From Hemiscyllium ocellatum (lineage: Eukaryota), in assembly GCF_020745735.1 (NCBI RefSeq), contig NC_083409.1, positions 12,895,259 through 12,959,258 of the forward strand: DNA of 64,000 nucleotides, in the 5' to 3' direction. Positions 37,151 through 49,250 of the stretch are shown here, in pieces (position 1 is the first letter of the stretch; each line of letters opens with the position of its first letter). Position numbers and translations under genes: made by a program. Below the pieces are notes generated by a model, which was not told the DNA's origin, made no database searches, and saw only the letters and a program-made list of their open reading frames with translations.

Positions 37151-37224
37151 AGCTGCTGGGTGCCCAATCTGAGCCAATGCCAGTGAATCCCACAGAGAAC
37201 AATGATGGGATATTTGGCGTGTAA
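37151..37224 (+). pseudogene. Apparent terminal coding exon remnant of an unidentified gene (copy 1), with AATAAA at 37339-37344
   Basis: Acceptor-like ccctccctcattcag|ag, then LLGAQSEPMPVNPTENNDGIFGV*. The last nine codons and stop differ from copy 2 only synonymously. Confidence 0.5.
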
Positions 37225-38009
37225 GCTTGATGATGTAAATGTGAACCATTGCAGCAAAGACATTACAGATGGTTTGTACAGACAGCAAAGCCCAAACCAG
37301 AGCATTGTGTCAATCAACACAGAACTAATGAAAGCTTCAATAAAAACAATTATTAATGTGATTCTCAGAGATGTGTCATTATTCTCATTACAAATGGCTG
37401 TTTCCCAGTGAAGGTCCATCCTGCTGAATATTAGATACAGCTGGGCTTTGAAGTGTAATGTGGGGAAGTGTGACCTTGTTCACTTTCACGAAAATCATTC
37501 AAATGTGACTGGCGCACACTTAAGTTCAAATGGCAATTGGGTATAATCCTGAAGGTGTAAGAGAGGCAGAAACTCACATAGTTCTAGTTATCAATGAGGT
37601 CTTATCAACACCCGTTTCACAAATCAATTTTAGGAAAGAATAATACACTTCCAATCTTATCTATGCAATCTTCTCGTCTGTGAATAGGGAATGAATCTGG
37701 CTTTGGGACTATATTCACTTTCTTAGAGTCTACACAGAATCAAATTGAACAGTTTGGTTCAGGAACCAATGTTACAGGAGATCTCCAATTACTCTGACTT
37801 GGTTCAATCAACTGATTCTCCAACATGGAAGCCCTTTGTTATGTTGGCCTGTTTCTGTTGGTTTTTTTTTTATTGTGTCAGTCCCAGAAACATACAGACA
37901 GATGTTTCAGAACTTACAGAAACAGCCTGGACAAACATCTACTGAGTTTGAGACGGTGAGGTAGCAGTGCTAACCACTGAGCCCCCGTGCCACCATGGTT
38001 AGCTTCAGA

Positions 38010-38330
38010 ACAGAGTGCTGATGAGGAAGTGGAGACCGCCTCATGGACCCCTAGATGAAGAATGGTTGGTTAGACATTGGCTAGTGGTCCCACCCAGCTA
38101 TCAGAGGGAACTAGTTCAAGGAGCACATGAGACTCCCATGGCAGATCACATGGGGATTTGGAAAACATTGGCATCCAGAAACAGGCATTTTACTGAGCTA
38201 CAATTGGATAAAGATGTGGTGCAGTTTTATAAAACCTGTCCTACTTGTCAAGTTGTAGGTAAACCTCAATACAAAACAAGTATCCTTAATTCCTCTCCCA
38301 GTATTTGAGGAACCATCGTGTCATGTACAG
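38010..38330 (+). mobile_element. Gypsy integrase H2C2 zinc-binding fragment
   Basis: LMRKWRPP...LVVPPSYQRELVQGAHETPMADHMGIWKT...FYKTCPTCQVVGKP. Confidence 0.85.
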
Positions 38331-38359
38331 ATTTGTCAAGTAGTGAGTATAATGGAGAT

Positions 38360-39480
38360 GGGGATGACCCTTCCTCCTTTCCATAATAACTATGAATCTT
38401 ACGGACGTATGTTCACTATCTCCAAAATGCTCACCCACTGACTCTTCAACCATTTGACTGGCTTCATTACCAAGGATTGAGTCCAGCACTGCCCATGTTT
38501 AGAGGGACTACCGATGTACTGGCACCAAAAGCTCTCCTGTGGGCTTTAAAATTTCTACCATTCACACAAAGGCAATCCCAGTTCATGCTAGAGAAGTTGA
38601 AATTCCCCACTAATATAACCCTATTCCTCTCACACCTCTCTGTGATTTACCAACATATCTGCTCCTTTCTCTCCATCTGACAATTGGGAGGCCTGTAGTA
38701 TAATCTCAGCAAAGTGATTGTCCTTTTGTTATTTCTACCTTTACCCAGATGGCCTCATTTGAAGAGCCTTCCAAGAAATGCTCCTTCAATCTTGCAGTGA
38801 TGGTCTCCTTTATCAATAATGCAATACACACACCACTCTTGCATTCCCTCTATCCCACCTGAGACTTCTCTACCCTGGAATGTTGAGCTGCCAGTCCTAT
38901 CTTTCTTCAATCATGTCTCAGCAATTGCAACAATTGCAGACATTCCCACGTGCTGGTCAATGCTTTCAGTTCAACCATCTTACGAGTCAAGCTCCTTACA
39001 TTAAAATAGATACAGTTCAGCTTTCTGGTCTTCATGTGTTCCTGATCCTGTCCTAGTGGTTACCCAGTGGTTTTCTGTGTCGCCCTTACTCTCCCATGAA
39101 GGGAAACATCCAGCATTTCCCCTGTCAAGCCCCTTAAGGATTTGATACATTTCAATAAGATTCCCTCTTATTCTTCTAAATTCCAGGGATCAGATTCCTA
39201 ACCTGTTTGACCTTTGCTCATAAGACAATCGCTCCATACCAGGAATCAGTCAAGGGAATCATCTCTGAACTACATCCAATGCAGCTCCTGTCCTTTCTTC
39301 AATAAGGAGCCTGATACTAGACACCATATTCCAGATGTGCTCTCACCAAACCCCTAACCCTAACAGCTGCAGTAAAATGTCCCTGCTTTTAGATTGCATT
39401 CCCTTTATAAGGAGCAACAACACTCCATCTGCCTCCGGATTCACTTGCGGTAGCTGCGTTCTAACTTTGTGATTCATATC
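38360..39480 (-). mobile_element. CR1 composite (3' RT fragment joined to endonuclease fragment); inverted paralog of 53100-54270
   Basis: Same fragment junctions and the same (TTAGGG)2 insertion in both copies. Confidence 0.75.
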
Positions 39481-39663
39481 CCCCACATTACACTCCATCT
39501 GCCCAATATTTCTCCAAAGCCCAGCTTTATCGAATACTCAGCAGGATGGACCCCATTCACTGGGAAAAAGTCATTTGTAACAATGCTCTGGTTTGGGTTT
39601 TGCTGTCTGTACAAACCATCTGTAATGTCTTTGCTGCAATGGTTCACATTTACATCATCAAAC

Positions 39664-39861
39664 TCACACTCCAAATATCCCATCATTATTCTCCATGGCT
39701 GAAGAATATGGCCCTGGCTGATCCTTTCCCTGCAGCAAGGAACCCAGTGGAATGTCATCATTGGAATTGATATTTGAGAGGAACAGGTCCACTCCGGATC
39801 TGGATCTCAGGTTTGGGAATGTGCGGCGATGCTGGATCAGAGGATGGAGTCTCTTCCAGAA
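39664..39861 (-). CDS. Apparent terminal coding exon of an unidentified gene (copy 2); functional status unknown
   Basis: Acceptor ttatattttcccag|, then a 65-codon open frame FWKRLHPLIQHRRTFPNLRSRSGVDLFLSNINSNDDIPLGSLLQGKDQPGPYSSAMENNDGIFGV*. The 3' UTR is homologous to copy 1 but the AATAAA segment is deleted. Confidence 0.5.
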   Translation of the reverse strand, partial: FWKRLHPLIQHRRTFPNLRSRSGVDLFLSNINSNDDIPLGSLLQGKDQPGPYSSAMENNDGIFGV

Positions 39862-40834
39862 CTGGGAAAATATAACAATGAGAATCCAATCAGACAGACC
39901 CTTGTCAGGGAGGGAGGGAGGGGGATGTCAGTGCTGGGCACAGTAAACCAGCTCATGGTGTCCAAGAGGTCGAGTGGTCAGTTTCTGGTTAGAAATTGAA
40001 GCTTCTGCAGCTTCTCCTGGCTTCCAGCTCCATCATTAAATCAGGAGCAGTTTCAGAGAGGAACTCCATTTCTCATCAGCACACACTGACACCATCAACA
40101 GAACAGAAGGAATCGGGTCAGCAGGAGGCCATTCAGTCCCTCCAACCTGCTCCACTAAACCCCAGGGAGTAATGTCAAATAGACTCCATTTGGCCTCATC
40201 AGAGTATCCCCTTATGCCAGGAATCAGCTTCACGAATCTTTGCTGCACTCCTTCCAGGTAGAGTCTGGGTGAGTCTATCCTTCCATCGGGAAGGAAATCA
40301 AAACTGGACCCAGTGCTGCAGGTGCGGCCTCACCAAGGTCTGACATAATTGGAATAAGACTCCTTCCCTCAGACATGGACAACAGCTGGCTCCCAATAAT
40401 TGGCTCCCTCTCCGTCTCTCTCTTTCTCTCTCTCTTTTTTTTCTCTCTCTCTCCCCCTTTCCGTCTCTTTGTCTTCGCATCACCCCATCTCTCCCTCTTT
40501 CTCAGTCTCGATGCTGACTTCTACCTCTGAAGGGGTTCTCTGGTGGTCAGTGTTTAATAGAAGCGGCTGCGTGTCAGTATATTTTCGATGCTGTAGGGTT
40601 TATGAGCATGGGGGGAGGGGGTTCAGGCTCCGTTCTTTGATGTCAGGCAGTGATGCCTGTCCCAGTGGGTCAGACTGTGATGCTGCTGTTTGCTGGCACT
40701 GACACTATGATATGGATTGCAATGTCACTCAGTGTGACAGGAGGTTACATGGCTTGATCAGTGGCGGGGAGGAGCAGACTGAACAAGGAGCTGCAATCAT
40801 CAGTCACTGCTGAAACCCTTCACACAGCCCTCAC

Positions 40835-40890
40835 CGTTCAGAAACTTCATCACCAAAGATTCTTTCAGCTCCTTCATGACAGCCCTGGAG
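40835..40890 (-). other. Candidate 56-nt internal exon
   Basis: Consensus-like splice sites tctttctctgtttccattttcag| ... aacg|gtgagg. Two frames are open (SRAVMKELKESLVMKFLN or LQGCHEGAERIFGDEVSE). Confidence 0.3.
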
Positions 40891-40959
40891 CTGAAAATGG
40901 AAACAGAGAAAGACATCTTTTCAAGATGCTCCTGGACACAATGTACACTGTGTATTCCC

Positions 40960-42240
40960 CACTAATGCATGCAAAATCATGTCTTACAAACTTGATTGAG
41001 TTTTTGAAGAAGTAACAAAGAGGATTGATGAGGACAGAGTATTAGACGGGATCTGTGTGGACTTCAATAAGGCATTCAACAAGGTTCCACATGGGAGACT
41101 GGTTAGCAAGGTTATGTCTTATGGAGTACAGGGAGAACTAGCCATTTGTATGCAGAACTGGCTGAAAAGTAGAAGACAGCAGATGGTGATGGAGGGTTGC
41201 TTTTCAGACTGGAGGTCTGTGACCAGTGGAGTGCCACAAGGGTTGGTGCTGAATCCACTATTTTTCGTCATTTATATAAATGATTTGGATGTGAATATAG
41301 GAGATATAGTTAGTAAGTTTACAGATGACAACAAAATTGGTGGTGTAGTGCACAGCGAAGAAGGTTTCCTCAGATAACAATGGGATCTTGATCAACAGGT
41401 CCAATGAGCTGAAGAGTGGCAGATGGAGTTTAATTTAGAGAAATGCGAGGTGCTGCATTTTAGCTAAGTAAATCTTAGCAGGATGTATGTACTTAATGGT
41501 CAGGTCCCAGAGAGTGCTGCTGAACAAAGACACTTTGGAGTGCAGTTTCATAGCTCCTTGAAAATAGAGTCACAGGTAGATAGGATAATGAAGAAGGCAT
41601 TTGGTATGCTTTCCTTTATTGGTCAGAGCACTGAGTACAGGAGTTGGGAGGTCATATTGCGGCTATACAGGACATTGGATAGACCACTTTTGGAAAATTG
41701 TGCACAAGTGCGGTCTCCATCCTATCAGAAGAATGTTGTGAATCTTGAAAGGGTTCAGAATAGATTTACAAGGATGTTGCCAGGTTTGGAGGATTTGTGT
41801 TATAGGTAGAAGTTGAACAGGTTGGGGCTGTTTTCGCTGGAGCATCAGAGGCTAAGGGGTGACCCTATAGAGGTTTATAAAAGTATGAGGGGCATGCATA
41901 GGATAAAGAGATAAGATCTTTTCCCTGGGGTTGGGGAGTCCAAAACTAGAGGGCATAGGTTTAGGGTGAGAGGGGAAAAATATAAAAGAGACTTGAGGGG
42001 GCCAATGTTTCACGCAGAGGGTGGTGTGAGTGTGAAATGTGCTGCCAGAGGAAGTGGTGGAAGCTAGTACAATTACAACATTTAAAATGCATCTGGACAG
42101 GTATATGAATAGGAAGGGTTTCGATGGACATGGGCCGGGTGTTGGCAGGTGTACAAGATTGGGGTGGGATGTTTGGTCGGCATGGATGGGTTAGACTGAA
42201 GGGTCCGTTTCTGTGCTGAACATCTCTATGACTTAATGAC
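40960..42240 (+). mobile_element. CR1 RT 3' half with tail
   Basis: MDFNKAFNKVPHGRLVSKV, SGVPQGLVLNPLFFVIYINDLD, KFTDD. Confidence 0.9.
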
Positions 42241-43099
42241 TCCAGGAGGAGGTTGTTCAGCCCCTCGTGTCAGTGCTATCTGTTTACTAACCTCACTCAC
42301 AATGAACATCTCTGATGAATGTCTGTTGTTGGGAATTGATTGAATCTAGTTTTAGAGACAAAATGTCTGACAAATCTAACCTGATCAGAGTAAGTCATCA
42401 TGGATTTAAAAAGGTTCAGACATCTTCAACTAATCTGGTGACATACTATAAAGAGGTCACTAATGTGTGAGATAAGGGAATGTGTTGTTTATATGGAAGT
42501 TCAGATGACATTCAAGGAAGTTACACACAAATGTTATAATGTTATAATTGAAACAAAGAGATGACAGATAAACATATTCTGGATCTTTCTTCACAAATGA
42601 ATTCTCAAATATATCTTAAAAATGTTGGTGAACCCAGGCTGTTATCAGAGGAAGGAACTAAAGGAATCAGTTTTTGTAGGGAAATGGTTCTGGGAAAATT
42701 AAAGTATGTTAAATCAGCAGGGACAAATAATCTATTTTCGGGAGTACTTCAGGAAGTGGTTGTAAAATACTGGAAACACTGACAGTTATCTGTTTGTCGG
42801 CTGTGGGATAGGTTCTAGAGAGTGGAGGGCAGCTAATTTAACACAACTATTGAAAAAGAGAGAGAGAGGGAAAATAAGGAATTTGAGACCAATTAACCGG
42901 ACATTAGCAGTGGAGAAACTGTTCAAGATCAGTCTAAAATATTTTATAGCTTAGCACTTTGAAAACAGTGACAGAATTGGACAGAGTCAGCATGGATTGT
43001 CGAAAGGGAAATCATGCGTAACAAATCACCTGGAATTGTTCAAGGATGTAGCAAGTGGATGTGATCATGTGGATCCCACGGATATGGTTTATTTGGACT

Positions 43100-45600
43100 T
43101 TGTAAAGGGGGAAGGCAGATGATTCTGTGGTCAAAAATGAGACTTCTGAATAGCATGTTGCCTCCGAGGTGCACAGGTCAGGGATGTGTCAGATCAGCTA
43201 CAGGACATTCTGAAAGGGGAGGTGAACAGCGAGCTGTGATGGTGAATGTAGGTACAAATGATATCAGTAATAAATGGGATAAGGTCCTACAAGCAGAATT
43301 TAGGAGGTAGGAACCACGTTAAAAAGTTGAACCTCAGAGGTAGTAATCTCAGGATTGCTACCAGTGCCACGTAGCAGAAATGAAAAAAAAAGGCAGGATG
43401 AATGCGTGACCTGAGAGATGGTGTAGGAGGGAGATGCTCAGATTTTTGGGACATGAGGACCAGTTCTGGGGGAGGTGGGACTATTACAAATCAGATGGTC
43501 TACACCTGGGCAGGACTGGAACTAATGTCCTCTGGGGTACTTTTGCTCATACTCTTGGGGAAGGTTCAAGATAAGGTAGCAGAGGGATGGCAAGATTAGG
43601 GAACCCTGGATGACAGATGAAATTGTGAGACTAGCTAAGAGGACAAAGGATGCGTACATAAGGTCTCGGTGGCTGTAAGCATATAAAGCTTTGGAAGAAT
43701 ATCGCAAAAGTAGAACAGATCTGAAATGAGGAATTAAAGGGGATAAAAGGGGTCATGAAATATCATTAGCAAACAGGGTTAAGGAAAATCCCAAAGCCTT
43801 TTATTTATATAAAAGAAGCAAGTGGGTGACCAGTGAAAGGGTTAGCCCACTCAAGCACAAAGGAGGAAAGTTAGGTGTAGAGTCAGAGAAAATGGGAGAG
43901 TTCTTAATGAGTACTTTGTTTCCGTATTCACCAAGAAGAGGGAAAAGATGGATGTTGAAATTGGGGATAGATCTTTGATTACTTTAGGTCAAGTCGGTTT
44001 AAGGGTGGAGGAAGTGTTGAGTATTCTAAAAGGCATGAAGGTGGACAAGTCCCCAGGTCAGGATGGGATCTATCCCAGGTTACTGAGGGAACCGAGAGAG
44101 GAAATAGCTGGGGCCTTAACAGATATCTTTGTAGCCGCCTTAAACGTGGCAGAGATCCCAGAGGACTAGAGAATTGCTAATGTTGTCCCCTTGTTTAAGA
44201 AGGGCAGCAAGGATAATCCAGGTTATTATCAACCGGTGAGCCTGACATCAGTGGTAGGGAAGATGCTGGAGAAGATACTGAGGGATTGGATCTATTTACA
44301 TTTGGAAGAAAATTGACTTATCAGTGATAGGCAGTATGATTTTGTGCAGGGAATGTCATATCTTACTAACTTAATAGAATTCTTTGAAGAAGTGACAAAG
44401 TTGATTGATGAGGAAAGGGCTTTTTGTGTCATATACATGGACTTCAGTAAGGTGTTTCACAAAGTTCCCCATGATAGCCTGATGGAGAAATTAAAGTCAC
44501 ATAGGGTCCAGAGTGTACTCGCCAGATGGATAGAGAATAGGCTGAACAACAGGAGGCTGACAGTGGTAGAGGAAGGGAGTTTCTCAAAATTGAAAACTGT
44601 GACCTGTGGTGTTCCACAGGGATCCATGTTGTTTGCGATATACATAAATGATCTGGAGGAAGGTATAGGTGGTCTGGTTGGCAAGTTTGCAGATGACACT
44701 AAGATTGGTGGAGTAGCAGATAGTGAAGGGGACTGTCAGACAATGCAGCAGAATATAGATAGATTGGCGATTTGGACAGAGAATGGGACAGATGGAGTTC
44801 AATCTGGACAAATGCGAGCTGATGAATTTTGGAAGATCCAATTCTAGAGTGAACTATACAGTGAATGGAAAGTCCTGGAGAAAATAGATGCACAGAGAGA
44901 TCTTGGTGTTCAGGTTCATTGTAACCTGAAGGTGGCAACACAGGTCGATAGAGTGGTCAAGAAGGTATGTGGCCTGCTTTCCTTCATCGGGTGGACAACT
45001 GAGTACAAAAGTTGGCAGGTCATGTTAGAATTGTATCGGACTTTGGTTTGGCCACATTTGGAATACTGCCCACAGTTCTGGTCGTCATATTACCAGAAGG
45101 ATGTGGATGCTTTGGAGAGGGTGCAGAGGAGGTTCACCAGGATTGCCTGGTATGGAGGGCACTAGCTATGGAGAAAGGTTGTGTAGATCAGGATTATTTT
45201 CATGAGAAAGTTAAAGTTTGAGGGGAGACCTGCTTGAGATGTACAAAATCATGAGAGGGAGAGACAGAGTGGATAGCACAAAGCTTTTTCCCAGAGTGGG
45301 GGACTCAATTACTCAGGCTCATGAGGAAGGTTAGAGAGAAAAGTTTAAGGGAGAAATGCATGGAAAGTTCTTTACACAGAGTGTTGTTGGTACCTGGAAC
45401 GTATTGCCAGCCAAGGTGATAGAGGCAGGCATGATCACACCATTAAAGATGTATCTAGACAGACACATGAATGGGCAGGGAGTAAAGGGATAAAGATCCT
45501 TGGAAAATTGATGACCAGTTTAGGTAGATGTTCTGGATTGGCGCAGACGTGGAGGCCCGAAGGGTCTGAGTCTGTGCTGTAATTTGTTTTGTTCTTTGAA
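43100..45600 (+). mobile_element. Internally deleted CR1 (ORF1 esterase remnant plus RT)
   Basis: VMVNVGTNDI, DKSPGQDGIYPRLLRE, YMDFSKVFHKVPHD, KFADDTKIGG. Confidence 0.9.
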
Positions 45601-45609
45601 CTGACGAAG

Positions 45610-46890
45610 CTCAGTGGCACAGAGTGATCTTGGGGTACTTGCCCACTGATCTCTGAATGTGGCAAGACAGGTTAACAGAGCAGTTATGAAGGCACTTGCA
45701 TTTGTCATTCAGGTAATTGCTATAAAAGCAGGAGGATATGTTGCAGTTAAGCAGAACATTGGTTAGGCCACAGCTGGAGTACTGTGTGCAGTTCAGGTCG
45801 CCACACTGTAGGAAGGATGTGATTGCACTGGATGGGGTGCAGAGGGGAATCACCAGGATGTTGTGTGGGATGGAACCTCTTAGTGATGAAGAGAAATTGG
45901 AACAGCTCGGTTTGTTTTCTTCAGAGCAGAGAAGGTGGAGGGGGGACCTGATCGAGGTGTATAAGGTTATGAGGGGAATGGACAGGGAGGAGAGAAAGCA
46001 GCTGTTCTCCTTTGTCGAGGGGGGTGGGTGGGTGGAGGCTCAATAACAAGTTGGTTCACATTCAGTGTGAAAGGTAACAGGTTTCAAGATGTTTTGAGGA
46101 AATTGTTTTTCACCCAGAGGATGATGTGGTTCTGGAATGCACACCGTGGGAAGGTAGTTGAAGTGGGAAACCTCATAAACCTTAAAAAGTACTTGGGTGA
46201 GTAGTTGAAATGTCATAACATTCAAGCAATGGGCCTTGTGTTGGAAAATGAGACTGGTGTAGGTTTAGTGTAAATTGGCTGGTACACAGTTAATGGGCCA
46301 AAGGGCCTCCTCTGTACGGTGTGATTTTATGATTCTATTGTGTGCAGTTTTGGGCTCAGTATCTGAGAAATGATGTTCTGGCTGTGGAGGGAGGGAAATG
46401 AAGGTTTACCAGACTGATCCCTGGGACGACAGCACTTATATCTGTTGAGAAACTGGATCAGTTAGGACTATATTCACTGGAGGTTAGAAGATTGAGAGGA
46501 ACCGCACTGAAACCTTTAAAATCCGAACAGGACAAGACCGGAAAAACACAGGAAGGATGTTCCTAATGACTGGAGAATCCAGAACCAGGAATTAGTTTAA
46601 AGAAAAGGGAAAGGCCATTTTGGACTGAGATGAGGAGACATTTCTTTAGCCAGAGAGTGGGAAGTTGGTGGAATATTCTGTCACAGAAAGCAGTTGAGCC
46701 CAAACCATTAAATGTTTTCAAGAAGATGATAGGTACAGTTCTTGGGACTGAAGGGATTAAGAGTTATGGGGGAAAATGGGAACGGGGGCTAAGTTGAATA
46801 ATCAACCCTGGTCATGTTGAATGGTGGAACTGACTCAAAGGACTGAATGGCCTCCTCCTGCTCTTAGTTCCTTTGCTTCTATGTTTGAGA
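45610..46890 (+). mobile_element. Two tandem CR1 3' fragments
   Basis: LVRPQLEYCVQFRSPHCRKD and CR1 3' UTR motifs, each present twice. Confidence 0.8.
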
Positions 46891-46919
46891 GACTGTTCAT
46901 AAACATGGAAACAATGGAA

Positions 46920-47730
46920 TTATAGAGTCACAGAGTCATCGAGTCCTACAGCACAAAGACAGGTCCTTTGGCCCAAACTGGACCGTGCTGACCAAAATGT
47001 CCATCCACACTAACCCCATTTCCCTGCACTTGGTCCATATCCTTCAAATGTTTTCCTATCTATGTATTTGTCAAAATGCTTTTTAAATGTTGTTAATGTA
47101 CCCCCCTCAATCATTTCCACTGCAGCTCATTCCATTTGCGGATGACCCTCTGTACAAATGCTGTCCCTCAGGTTCTCTTTTATTCTAACCTTAAACTGAT
47201 GCCCTCTACTCCTTGATTCCCCAACTCTGGGAAAAAGACTGAATGCATTCACTCTATCCATGTCTCACATGATCTTTTCTACTTCTAAAAGATCCCCCTC
47301 AGTCTCCTCCGCTCTAAGAAATGAATCCTACTTTGTCCAACCTCTCCCTGTCACTCAGATCATTGAGTCCAGGCAACCTCCTTGTACATTTCCTCTGTAC
47401 TCTTTGCGATTTAATAATATCCTTCCTTTAACAAAGTGAACAAAACTGAACACAATACTCCAAGTGAGACCTCACCAACGTCCTGTACAATTTAATATAA
47501 CTTCCCAAATTCTATACCCAGTACCCTGACTGATGAAGGCCATGACACCGCTTCTTGTAGTGTCATCTGCAAACTTACTAATCATGCTTTGCAGATTCTC
47601 ATCCAAATTATTGATAGAGATAACAAACAGTAATGGGTCCAGCACTGAACCCTGAGGCACTCCACAAGTCACTGGCCCCCAGTCAGACTAGCATCCTTCC
47701 ACTATGATCCTCTGCTTCCTACCATTAAGC
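46920..47730 (-). mobile_element. CR1 3' fragment
   Basis: CGVPQGSVLDPLLFVISINNLD...KFADD on the minus strand. Confidence 0.8.
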
Positions 47731-48410
47731 CAAAGAGAGAAAAAATATCTGTCTTTGGTGAGGAATTCATTTGGGTGTAGGCGGCTTTTGGATGTAGGGG
47801 ACAGAGAAGAGGGATAATGTGTGTGCTCTCCAATAATGTGAATATTGGTGTCCCCAGGGATCTGCGCTGGGACCTCAGCATTTCATGATATTTCTCAATG
47901 ACATGGATGAAGGAATAGCGAGCCATTAATCCAAGATTGCAGACCACACTGAGCAACACAGTTTGGAGGAGGTTACAGAGATAGGGAGAGTGAAGGACAG
48001 GGATGGATTTGAAAACAAGCATGAGAATTTGATGACCGAAGTGTTGCTGGTCCAGGAGCCAATGTAGACATGGTGTGCAGGGGATTGGGGGAACAGACGT
48101 TGGTGCAAGTCTGGACATGGGCAGCAGACTTTGGGAAGAGTGAGTGCAGTGGCTGTGATGTGTGCAAGCACAACATTAGAATGCCCATGTTTGGAGTCAC
48201 AACAGGATGGCTGAGATTTTCAGTGGCTGATCTTTGTGATGTGGAAGATGTGGGACTCAGATCAGCAGGAAAGATGAGGCCCAGGTTGAAAAGAGTCTGG
48301 TTGAGCAGCAGACAGTGCTCAGGGAGAGGGATGGAGTTTGTACCGGGAGCTGAAGAGGATGGCTGTGACCTTCCCAATGTGTTTCCCAGTGAGCCTGACT
48401 CCTCAGTCCT

Positions 48411-48564
48411 TTAGCTGCTGTGATTGTCACTGATCGGACACTTATTATTAGAGATTCTGACCACAGCAGAAAGCCCCAGTGTAAAAAATAACTGCAAAGA
48501 CTGTCAGATCGCAAGGTTGAAACTTCACCAAAAGAGGAAGTGAAAGAAGGAGCTCGGAGCAGCT
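48411..48564. promoter_or_regulatory. Conserved duplicated non-coding block (copy B)
   Basis: AAAGAGGAAGTGAAAG EICE (GGAAGTGAAA 48536-48545), RUNX ACCACA (48460-48465) and MEF2-consensus TTATTATTAG (48442-48451). Confidence 0.5.
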
Positions 48565-48639
48565 CACAAACACACACACCTGCACTCGGAGATCAGAAAC
48601 AAAATCCAGCAGCAGCTCTGTCTCCAAGCTGTGAAACCT

Positions 48640-49250
48640 GCACAGAATTGTTCCCTCATTCAGTTTTTAACTGGCGGGATAGACCAAGCAGGGGAGGCAA
48701 CACAGTGGTGTGTACAGTCGGAAGGGAGTTGCCCTGGGAGTCCTCACCATTAACTATGGAACCCATGAAGCCTCATGACAGCAGGTCAAACATGGAGAAG
48801 GAAACCTCCTGCTGATTACCACATAGCACCGCCCATCCCTCCAGCCTCAACTGAGCAGTCAGTCCTCCTCCATGTTGAACAACACTTGGAGGTAGCACTG
48901 AGGGTGGGAAGGATGCAGGATATACTCTGAGTAAAGCACTTCAAAGTCCACCATCAAGAGCTTCTCAGAAGCATCACTACTGAGCAAGCTGGTCAAGTTC
49001 CACCTGATTCAGCTGCTAGACTGGACCTGGGGCAGGTGGTGAGGGAACCAACAAGAGGGAAAAACATACTCACTATCACCCTCACCAATCTGCCTGCTGC
49101 TGGTGTAGCTGTCCATGACAATATCAGTCAGAGTGACCACTGCACAGTCCGTGTGGAGACAAAATCCTGTCTTCACATTGAGAATACCTTGCATTTTGTT
49201 GGGCAAGAGATATGGGATATCAGGAAGGACTTTGTTTTTAGCAGCAATTG
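48640..49250 (+). mobile_element. L2 endonuclease fragment
   Basis: VREPTRGKNILTITLTNLP...ISQSDHCTVRVET. Same orientation as, and diverged from, the L2 at 29.8-30.4 kb. Confidence 0.75.

Noticed and set aside
37202-37411. ORF MMGYLACKLDDVNVNHCSKD..., also open in the 39.5-39.8 kb copy
   Set aside because: Differences between copies are non-synonymous in this frame but synonymous in the overlapping ENNDGIFGV* frame, so this is 3' UTR read by chance.
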